NCBI GenBank assembly: GCA_963763775.1
Contig: CAVXPZ010000004.1
Location: forward strand, 352,001-416,000
Length of the DNA: 64,000 nucleotides
Direction: 5' to 3'
From: an uncultured Chloroflexia bacterium
GTDB lineage: Bacteria > Chloroflexota > Limnocylindria > Limnocylindrales > CSP1-4
Shown: positions 56,474 through 64,000 of the stretch, piece by piece
How positions within the stretch are numbered: the stretch's first letter is position 1
How the letters are laid out: each line of letters starts with the position of its first letter
Notes under the pieces: generated by a model
The model's input: the letters and a program-made list of their open reading frames with translations, nothing else
Database searches by the model: none
What the model was told of the DNA's origin: nothing
Program-made: the position numbers and the translations under genes

Positions 56474-57865
56474 ATGCCGCAGCTGCGCCGGCGAGCCCCG
56501 GACGAGCCCGAGACGTCCCGACCAGGGTCGCGCACCCGTTTCGTGCGGGCGGGCGGCGTCACGAGCGCGGTCGGGGCCACTCGCCGCCGGCGGCCGCGCC
56601 CGCGCGTGCTCTCGCCCCTGCCGCGGCTCCCGATCTGGCGCGTCCGGATGCTCGCGACATTCGCGGTGCTCGGTCCGGGGCTGGTCAGCGGTTTCGCGGA
56701 CAACGACGCCGGCGGGATCACGACCTATTCGCTGGTCGGTGCCAAGTTCGGCTACGAGCTCCTGTGGGTGATCCTCGCGAGCCAGATCGTCCTGTTCTTC
56801 ACCCAGGAGGTCGGCGCCCGGCTCGGGCTCGCGACGGGCAAGGGACTGATGGGCCTCATCCGCGAGCGGTGGGGTGTCCGGTGGGGCGCCTTCGCCGCGA
56901 TCCTGATGCTGGCCGCGAACCTCGGCTCGACCGTGGCCGAGTTCGCGGGCATCGGGGCCGCCCTGGGCATCTTCGGGGTCCCCACCCAGATCAGCGCGGC
57001 CGTCGCCGCGGTGATCGTCGTCGCGTTCATCGCCCTGGGCAACTACGGACGCGTCCAGTACGTGTTCGTCGGCATCGGGATCTTCGTGTCGCTGGCCTAC
57101 ATCATCTCGGCGTTCCTCGCGGACCCGGACTGGAGCCAGGCCTTCCAGAGCATGTTCCACCCGCAGCTGTCCTCATCGCCCGTGTACTGGCTGGCGGTCG
57201 TGGGGACCGTGGGCACGACGATCACGCCGTGGGGACAGGCGTTCATCCAGTCCTACGTGGTGGACAAGGGCCTCCGCCCCGACGACCTGCCGGCGAGCCG
57301 CGTCGATGTGTTCGCGGGCGCCCTGCTGACCAACGTGATCGCCGCGTTCATCGTCATCTGCTGCGCCGCGACGTTGTACGCGACCGGGCAGACGACCATC
57401 ACGAGCGCATCGGAGGCCGCGCAGGCCCTCGCGCCGATCGCCGGCCAGGCGGCCAGCGTCCTGTTCGCGGTGGGCCTGCTCGGCGCCTCGTTCCTCGGCC
57501 TGGGCGTCGTGCCCCTGACCAGCGCGTACACGACGTGCGAAGCGTTCGGCTGGGAGACCGGCGTGGAGTGGAACTGGCGGGAGGCGCCGGCCTTCTACGG
57601 TCTGCTGGCGTTCTTCATCGGGTTCGCGGCGCTGTTCGTCATGATCCCCGGACTCCCGCTCATCCAGGTGATGTTCGCCGCGCAGGTGCTCAACGCCCTG
57701 CTGCTGCCGTTCATCCTCGTCTTCGTCATGCGGCTGTCGGCGGACCGCAAGCTCCTCGGGCCGCTGGCCAGCGGGCGGCTCCTGCTCTTCGTCGGCTGGA
57801 CCGCGACGGCGCTGCTGATCACCTTGTCGCTGATCCTGATCCTGGTGGCCGCCACCGGCGCGTGA
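56474..57865 (+). CDS. NRAMP-related divalent cation (probably Mg2+, NRMT-type) transporter
   Basis: DNDAGG instead of DPGN; GTTITPW instead of MPH; about 11 TM. Confidence 0.85.
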   Translation: MPQLRRRAPDEPETSRPGSRTRFVRAGGVTSAVGATRRRRPRPRVLSPLPRLPIWRVRMLATFAVLGPGLVSGFADNDAGGITTYSLVGAKFGYELLWVILASQIVLFFTQEVGARLGLATGKGLMGLIRERWGVRWGAFAAILMLAANLGSTVAEFAGIGAALGIFGVPTQISAAVAAVIVVAFIALGNYGRVQYVFVGIGIFVSLAYIISAFLADPDWSQAFQSMFHPQLSSSPVYWLAVVGTVGTTITPWGQAFIQSYVVDKGLRPDDLPASRVDVFAGALLTNVIAAFIVICCAATLYATGQTTITSASEAAQALAPIAGQAASVLFAVGLLGASFLGLGVVPLTSAYTTCEAFGWETGVEWNWREAPAFYGLLAFFIGFAALFVMIPGLPLIQVMFAAQVLNALLLPFILVFVMRLSADRKLLGPLASGRLLLFVGWTATALLITLSLILILVAATGA

Positions 57866-57902
57866 GCCAGGGGCGTCCGCGCGGGCGCGCGCCCGGGCGG
57901 GC

Positions 57903-58653
57903 TCACATCATCACGAGGCCGCCGTCCACGGCCAGCACCTGTCCGGTGATGAAGGCGGCCTCGTCGGACGCGAGGAACGCGACCGCGCTGGCGATCTCGT
58001 CCGTGGTCCCGAACCGGCCGAGCGGCGTCCGTGCCGTGATCTCGCTCGTCAGGGCCTCCGGGAGGTCCTGCGTGAGTTCCGTGAGGACGAACCCCGGCGC
58101 GACCGCGTTGGCCGTGATGCCCCGGGACGCCAGCTCGCGGGCGGTGGCCTTCGTGAGGCCGATCAGCCCCGCCTTGGCCGAGCTGTAGTTCGCCTGGCCC
58201 ATCTGGCCCGCCTGCCCCGAGACGGAGGTGATGTTGATGATCCGGCCGGCGCGAGCCTTGAGCATCGGCCGGGTCACGGCCTTCGTCATCCAGAAGGCAC
58301 CGGAGAGGTTCGTCTCGATGACCTCGCGCCACGCCTCCTCGGTCATCCGCATGATCAGGTCGTCGCGGGTGACGCCCGGCGTTGTTGACGAGGATGTCGA
58401 TCTTCGCGAACGCCTCGAGGGCGGTCTTCACGACGGCCTCGGCGGTCTCGGGCGCCCGGGCGTCGCCCTGGATCGCGAGGGCCCGGCGGCCGAGGGCCTC
58501 GATGCCGCCCGTCGCCTCGGCCGCGGCGGCGGCATTGCCGCGATACGTGAAGGCCACATCCGCGCCCTGGGTCGCCAGCCGCAGCCCGATCGCGCGCCCG
58601 ATGCCGCGCGACCCGCCGGTGACGAGCGCGGTCTTGCCCGTGAGGTCGATCAT
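57903..58653 (-). CDS. fabG: 3-oxoacyl-ACP reductase (frameshift at about 58378)
   Basis: TGGSRGIG, NNAG, YSSAK and VDGG; two frames joined at NNAG/VTRD. Confidence 0.9.
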
Positions 58654-59852
58654 GCGTGCACCTCCGAATGCGCGGTCTCCGGGTCGCCGGGGACGACATC
58701 GTCCAGGGGGATCTCGATGCCGGGTGCCACCGGGCGGCCGACGATCTCGGCGAGCGCCGCGGGGATCGGGTCTACCGAGTCCCAGTCGACCGGCAGTCGG
58801 ACGTGGACGTCGGCCGGGTCGACGGCCGCATCGCCCGCGATACCGCGAGCCGGGTCGGCGGTCCACTGGATCGCGACGGCTCCGCTCGTGAACCCGGCCC
58901 CGAACGCCACGATGACGATGTTGTCACCGACCTTGACCCGTCCCTCGTTCACGGCTTCGGCGAGCGCGATCGGCACGGACGCCGCCGAGGTGTTCCCGTA
59001 CTTGTCGAGGTTCACGTACATCCGCTCCATCGGGAGGTCGAGGCCCTTGGCGACCGCCTCGATGATCCGGATGTTGGCCTGGTGCGGGATGAAAAGGTCG
59101 ATGTCGCCGGGCTCGAGGCCGGCCCGCCGGATCGCCTCGAGCGCCGTGGAGGCGAGGGTCCGCGTCGCGAACCGGTACGTCTCCTTGCCCTCCATCCGGA
59201 TGTAGTGCTCGCCGCGGGCGATGGTCGCCGCGGACGGCGGGCTCTTGGCGCCACCGGCCGGGAGCCAGATCATGTAGGCGCCCTGCGGCTCGGTGGTCAT
59301 CTCGATGCCGAGCCCGCCGCCCGGCTCGTCCGACGCCGAGATGACCACGGCCCCGGCGCCGTCGCCGAAGAGGATGCAGGTGCTGCGGTCCGTGTAGTCG
59401 AGGAACCGCGTCAGGAGCTCCGCGCCGATGACGAGGACGTGCTTCGCGAGGCCGCTCGTGACGTACGCCTGCGCGGTCGCGTAGGCGTACACGAAGCCGG
59501 AGCAGGCCGCGGCCACGTCCATCGCGGCAGCGCGGGTGTTCCCGATCGCCTCCTTGACGAGCGCGGCCGTCGACGGCATCCAGTAGTCGGGGGTGAGCGT
59601 CGCGAGCAGGATGAGGTCGATCTCGTCGGGATCGATTCCCGCGGTGCGGATGGCGCGCAACCCGGCGACCGCCGCCATGGACGCCGTGGTCTCGTGCGCC
59701 GCGGCGACCCGCCGCTCGCGGATGCCCGTCCGCTGGACGATCCACTCGTCGTTGGTGTCCACCATCCGCTCGAGGTCCGCGTTGGTCAGGACCTGCGACG
59801 GGGCGTAGCGGCCCCAGCCCGTGACGTGGGCGTAGCGCGTGCCGAGACTCAC
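58650..59852 (-). CDS. fabH: Beta-ketoacyl-ACP synthase III
   Basis: AACSGF, FGDGAGA, PHQANIRI and GNTSAAS. Confidence 0.95.
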   Translation of the reverse strand: MSLGTRYAHVTGWGRYAPSQVLTNADLERMVDTNDEWIVQRTGIRERRVAAAHETTASMAAVAGLRAIRTAGIDPDEIDLILLATLTPDYWMPSTAALVKEAIGNTRAAAMDVAAACSGFVYAYATAQAYVTSGLAKHVLVIGAELLTRFLDYTDRSTCILFGDGAGAVVISASDEPGGGLGIEMTTEPQGAYMIWLPAGGAKSPPSAATIARGEHYIRMEGKETYRFATRTLASTALEAIRRAGLEPGDIDLFIPHQANIRIIEAVAKGLDLPMERMYVNLDKYGNTSAASVPIALAEAVNEGRVKVGDNIVIVAFGAGFTSGAVAIQWTADPARGIAGDAAVDPADVHVRLPVDWDSVDPIPAALAEIVGRPVAPGIEIPLDDVVPGDPETAHSEVHA

Positions 59853-60499
59853 AGTGGTTCCACCTCCACGAGGGGCTGCTTCGCCTTGACCAGTGTCCCG
59901 CTCTCGGGGATGACCTTGACGACGCGGCCGGCGAGGTCGGACTTGATCTCGTTGAACAGCTTCATCGCCTCGATGAGGCCGATGATCTGCCCCACGGCGA
60001 TCTCGCCGCCAGCCTTGACGTACGGCGCGGACCCGGGGGCCGGCGACGCGTAGAAGATGCCGGTCAGTGGCGCCTTGACCGACGGCCGCGCCGTCGCGGC
60101 CGGGTCACGACCCGCGGTCGACGGCTCGCCCACGACCGGGGTGGCGACCATCGAGGCCGGGATGAGCGTCGCTTCGGGCATCGCGGCGACCGGCGCCGCC
60201 GTGATGGGCTTGCGCAGCACCAGGCCGGTGCCGCCCACCTCGACCTCGAGCTCGGACAGGTCCGAGCGGTCCAGCAGCGCGGCCAGCCGGTCGATGAGGG
60301 CGAGGAGCTCCACGTCGCCGCCGTCGCGCGGCATCGGGGCGACCGCGTCGGCCGGCGCCTCGATCTGGACCGTGCCCTCCTCGGACGTGACCTCGGCGGT
60401 CACGATGTCCTCGGCCGTCGGTGCGATCCGGGCCTCCGCACCCGCGTCCCCGTCGTCGTCCGCCGGCTTCGAGGCGCCGCGCGCGTCGTCGTCGCTCAT
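59849..60499 (-). CDS. accB: Acetyl-CoA carboxylase biotin carboxyl carrier protein
   Basis: EAMKLFN biotinylation motif. Confidence 0.92.
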   Translation of the reverse strand: MSDDDARGASKPADDDGDAGAEARIAPTAEDIVTAEVTSEEGTVQIEAPADAVAPMPRDGGDVELLALIDRLAALLDRSDLSELEVEVGGTGLVLRKPITAAPVAAMPEATLIPASMVATPVVGEPSTAGRDPAATARPSVKAPLTGIFYASPAPGSAPYVKAGGEIAVGQIIGLIEAMKLFNEIKSDLAGRVVKVIPESGTLVKAKQPLVEVEPL

Positions 60500-61752
60500 G
60501 GGTCCCATCTCGCGAAGATCAGCGCCGTGTTCTGCCCGCCGAATCCGAACGAGTTGCTCAGCCCGATCCGGATGTCGTGACGCCTGGCGACGTTCGGCGT
60601 CAGGTCGAGGTCGCCGGCTTCCGGATCCGGGTCGACGAGGTTGATCGTGGGCGGCACGATCCCGTCACGGATGGCCATGATCGTCGCGATCGCCTCGATG
60701 GCGCCGGCCGCCCCGAGGGTATGGCCCAGCATCGACTTGTTCGCGGTCACCGGCACGCTCGCGGCACGGTCGCCGAGGATCGTGCGGATGGCCTGGAGCT
60801 CGGCCTTGTCGCCCTCGGGCGTCGAGGTGGCATGGGCGTTGACGTGGTCGATGTCGGCCGCCGTCAGGCCGGCCTTCTCGATCGCTCGACGCGCCGCGCG
60901 GACGGCCCCGATGCCGCCCGGGGCCGGGAGCGTGATGTGCGACGCATCGGCCGTGGCGCCGTAGCCGACGACCTCGGCGAGGATCGTCGCCCCGCGCGCC
61001 TGGGCATGCTCGAGCGCCTCGAGGATGAGCACCCCCGAGCCCTCGCCGCACACGAACCCGTCACGCCCGCGATCGAACGGCCGCGACGCGGCCGCCGGGT
61101 CGTCGTTGCGGGTCGAGAGCGCGCGCATCGCCGCGAACCCGCCGACGAGCGTCTCGAAGATGCCGGCCTCCGTCCCGCCGGCGACCATGACGTCCGCATC
61201 CGAGCGCCGGATGATCTCGGACGCCTCGCCGATCGCGTGGCCGCCGGTCGCACAGGCCGACACCGTCGCGAAGTTCGGCCCGGTCATGCCGAAGTTGATC
61301 GCCACCTGCCCGGCGCCTACGTTCGGGATGCCCATCGGGATGAGGAACGGGCTGATCCGGTCCGGCCCGCGCAGGGCGTTCGTCGAGATGCCGTCGATGA
61401 GCGTCCCGACGCCGCCGAGACCGGTGCCGAGGATGACCCCGGTCCGCTCGGCGAGCTCGCCTTCGAATCGGTCGGGGAATCCCGCCTGGTCCAGGGCCTG
61501 CCGGGCGGCCACCAGGCCGAACTGGATGTATCGGTCGGTGCGCCGCTGGTCCTTGCGGTCGAGCACGCCGCTGGAATCGAAGTCCTGGACCTCGCCCGCG
61601 ATCTGCGACGTCAGGCGGGACGGGTCGAACGTCGCGATGGTCCGGATCCCGGACCGGCCGGCGATGAGGCCGGCCCACGTCGAGTCGACGTCGTTCCCGA
61701 TCGCGGTCAGGGCGCCCATCCCGGTGACGACCACGCGTCGGCGGTCCGTCAT
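60496..61752 (-). CDS. fabF: Beta-ketoacyl-ACP synthase II
   Basis: RVVVTGMG, SACATG, NAHATST, GHTLGAAG and NSFGFGG. Confidence 0.95.
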   Translation of the reverse strand: MTDRRRVVVTGMGALTAIGNDVDSTWAGLIAGRSGIRTIATFDPSRLTSQIAGEVQDFDSSGVLDRKDQRRTDRYIQFGLVAARQALDQAGFPDRFEGELAERTGVILGTGLGGVGTLIDGISTNALRGPDRISPFLIPMGIPNVGAGQVAINFGMTGPNFATVSACATGGHAIGEASEIIRRSDADVMVAGGTEAGIFETLVGGFAAMRALSTRNDDPAAASRPFDRGRDGFVCGEGSGVLILEALEHAQARGATILAEVVGYGATADASHITLPAPGGIGAVRAARRAIEKAGLTAADIDHVNAHATSTPEGDKAELQAIRTILGDRAASVPVTANKSMLGHTLGAAGAIEAIATIMAIRDGIVPPTINLVDPDPEAGDLDLTPNVARRHDIRIGLSNSFGFGGQNTALIFARWDP

Positions 61753-62495
61753 CGGACGAGCTTCCCGGTGCGCACCGTCGCGGCCCGATAGACATCGCCC
61801 GGCAACCCCCGGGCGGAGATCGCGTCGGAGACGGCCAGGGCGTCGAACGACGCTCGCTTGATCTCCGCGGTGACATCGTCGCCGACCATGTCGATCATCG
61901 CCCACGATGCGGTCGGGTCGCCGTCGAACACGTACCCGGCCGACCCCGCGTTGACGATGATCTTCCAGCCGAGGTCGCGGACCTCGGGCAGGTGCGTGTG
62001 CCCGCAGGCGATGACGCGCGCATCGGTCCGGGCCACGCGCTCGATGATCACGTTGGAGTCGAGCGCCGGGTCGAAGCCGGCCGTCTGCGAGCCGGGGGAC
62101 GCGTGGCAGACGATCGCCATCCCCGCGTCTGCTGTATGGATCCGGCGTTCCGCCGGCAAGCGACGCAACCAGGCCACCCGCTCGTCGCCGAGCGCGTCGT
62201 GGGCCCACTCCGCGGCGGCCCGGAACGTGTCTGGGACGCCATCGGCCATCCACGGGAAGGCCGCCGAGTAGTCGAAGTCCGCGACCGCGATGTCCGTGTT
62301 CCCCGAGATGATCAACGCCCCGTCTGCCTCCATCTCTCGGAGGAGGTCGACGGTCGCGGCCGGGTCGGGTCCGTTCAGGACGAGGTCGCCGGCCACCGCG
62401 ACCTGGTCTGGTCGCGCGGCGCGGATGCCGGCACGGACCGCCTCGAGGGCCAGCGCGTTCCCATGGACGTCGGACAGGATCGCCAGCCGCGTCAT
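61749..62495 (-). CDS. Calcineurin-like metallophosphoesterase (YfcE/MJ0912-like)
   Basis: SDVHGN, GDLV, GNTD, CHAS, GHTH and NAGS. Confidence 0.9.
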   Translation of the reverse strand: MTRLAILSDVHGNALALEAVRAGIRAARPDQVAVAGDLVLNGPDPAATVDLLREMEADGALIISGNTDIAVADFDYSAAFPWMADGVPDTFRAAAEWAHDALGDERVAWLRRLPAERRIHTADAGMAIVCHASPGSQTAGFDPALDSNVIIERVARTDARVIACGHTHLPEVRDLGWKIIVNAGSAGYVFDGDPTASWAMIDMVGDDVTAEIKRASFDALAVSDAISARGLPGDVYRAATVRTGKLVR

Positions 62496-62980
62496 CGGAG
62501 GATGCCTTCGCCGGGGATGATGAACGAGAGCGTGGCCTCGCAGGCGACCTCGCCGTCCACGCTGGCCACGCCACGGCCGCGACCGAAGCGGCCGCCGAGC
62601 TTCTCCATCGTGACCTCGAGGCGCAGGGTGTCGCCGGGGGTGACGATGCGCTTGAAGCGCGTGTCGTCGATCCCGGCGAACAGCCCGATCCGATCCCCGA
62701 AGCCGGGCTGCTTCGCCACGTAGACCGCCATCGTCTGCGCGAGCGCCTCGACCTGGAGGACGCCGGGCATGACCGGCAGGCCCGGGAAGTGACCCTGGAA
62801 GAACCACTCGGTCGCCGTCACCCCCTTGAGGCCGACGATCCGCTTGGCCTCGGGGTCGTACTCGACGATCCGGTCGACCAGCAGGAACGGCCAGCGGTGC
62901 GGGATGAGGGCCTCGATCTCACGCGTCGTGTGGATCGTGGCGGCGGGGATGGGCGGGGCGTCGGTCACGGGCGTCTCCAA
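62492..62980 (-). CDS. fabZ: 3-hydroxyacyl-ACP dehydratase
   Basis: PHRWPFLLVD and GHFPGLPVMPGVLQVEALAQ. Confidence 0.95.
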   Translation of the reverse strand: METPVTDAPPIPAATIHTTREIEALIPHRWPFLLVDRIVEYDPEAKRIVGLKGVTATEWFFQGHFPGLPVMPGVLQVEALAQTMAVYVAKQPGFGDRIGLFAGIDDTRFKRIVTPGDTLRLEVTMEKLGGRFGRGRGVASVDGEVACEATLSFIIPGEGILR

Positions 62981-63083
62981 GCGGTATGGACGTCAGTCTC
63001 GCCGCGGGCCTGGGCGGCACGCGCGATGGTGTGTGCAGGTATGCATCCGAGGCCGGAGTCTCGCGCCTCCCGCGCGGCGGGCG

Positions 63084-64000
63084 TCACGTCCGGGCAGCGG
63101 CCGTCAGGAAGGCCGCGCTCCCGACCCGGTCCAGCAGGTTGGTCGTGAACCGGCCGTCGAGGAACGTCTCGTTGGTGAGCAGCGCGCGCTGGATCGCGAC
63201 ATTCGTCACCAGACCGTCGATGACGAGCTCGTCGAGGGCGACGCGGCCACGCGCGATCGCGGTCGCCCGGTCCGGGCCCCAGACCACGAGCTTGCCGAGC
63301 AGGGAGTCGTAGTAGGGCGGGACCTCATAGCCGGTGAACAGGTGCGAGTCCATGCGGACCCCCGGTCCGCCCGGCGCGTGGTACCGCTCGACGACGCCCG
63401 CGCCGGGTCGGAAGTCGGCCTCGGGGTCCTCGGCGTTGATCCGGAACTCGATCGCATGGCCGCGGAACGCGACGTCGGCCTGACTGAGCCCGAGGGGCTC
63501 GCCCGCGGCGATCCGGATCTGGGTCACCACGAGATCCAGACCGGTGAGCATCTCCGTGACCGGGTGCTCGACCTGGATGCGGCAGTTGATCTCGATGAAG
63601 TAGGCCATGCCCTCGCGGTCGACGAGGAACTCGAGCGTGCCGACGTTCTCGTAGCCGGCCGCGACCACGGCGCGGACCGCCCGCTCCGCCAGGTCTTCCC
63701 GCGCCGCCTCGCCGAGGGCCGGCGTCGGCGCCTCCTCGAGGATCTTCTGGTGGCGCCGCTGGACCGAGCAATCGCGCTCGCCCATGTGGATGCCGTGCCC
63801 GAACCGGTCGACCGCCACCTGGACCTCGACGTGGCGGTTCTCGTCGAGCCACTTCTCGAGGTAGAGCGAGTCGTCGCCGAATGCGGCTTTCGCCTCGGAC
63901 CGGCAGACCTTGAGGACCGACTCGAGCTCGCGAGGCGTCCGGACCATGCGCATGCCCTTGCCGCCGCCACCGGCCGACGGCTTGATCAGCACCGGGTAGC
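63084..64000 (-). CDS. accC: Acetyl-CoA carboxylase biotin carboxylase (5' part outside window)
   Basis: GGGGKGM, RDCSVQRRHQK, RIQVEHPVTE and YDSLLGK. Confidence 0.93.
   Translation of the reverse strand, partial: YPVLIKPSAGGGGKGMRMVRTPRELESVLKVCRSEAKAAFGDDSLYLEKWLDENRHVEVQVAVDRFGHGIHMGERDCSVQRRHQKILEEAPTPALGEAAREDLAERAVRAVVAAGYENVGTLEFLVDREGMAYFIEINCRIQVEHPVTEMLTGLDLVVTQIRIAAGEPLGLSQADVAFRGHAIEFRINAEDPEADFRPGAGVVERYHAPGGPGVRMDSHLFTGYEVPPYYDSLLGKLVVWGPDRATAIARGRVALDELVIDGLVTNVAIQRALLTNETFLDGRFTTNLLDRVGSAAFLTAAART

Noticed and set aside
57903-58653. Programmed frameshifting or pseudogene status of fabG and the other split genes
   Set aside because: No slippery heptamers or further decay; scattered single-base indels are better explained by sequencing error
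1-64000. CRISPR arrays, tRNA/rRNA genes, IS elements, integrases, prophage
   Set aside because: No regularly spaced repeats, cloverleaf or rRNA signatures, or transposase/integrase motifs seen

Overview
A high-GC bacterial chromosomal window of about 55 genes. Gene content and style suggest Chloroflexota or a similar soil lineage; this is an inference only. It is mostly housekeeping and accessory metabolism: an opp-type ABC operon, amine oxidases and aminotransferases, vapBC, thyX, PNP, moaA, acs, two MscS, an ECF sigma module, polX, two diguanylate cyclases, an MgtE-N/NRAMP Mg transporter pair and a fab/acc operon. I found no CRISPR array, rRNA, tRNA or transposase. About 11 genes, including fabG, carry frameshifts that look like long-read assembly indels. 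Best leads: (1) a divergent cyclase-STAND-TPR / two stand-alone cNMP-binding proteins / FOXRED2-like flavoenzyme module; (2) polX - membrane protein - TPR/HIRAN-like protein - degenerate Zn-ribbon DNA methyltransferase fused to a restriction-endonuclease-like domain; (3) a 181-nt 6S-sized hairpin between convergent genes; (4) two long structured leaders with SD-sequestering stems, one before PNP (with a DnaA-box cluster at its promoter) and one before the Mg transport genes; (5) an unannotated 47-aa zinc-ribbon microprotein; (6) apparently widespread leaderless transcription. All family assignments come from motif recognition by eye; no searches were run.
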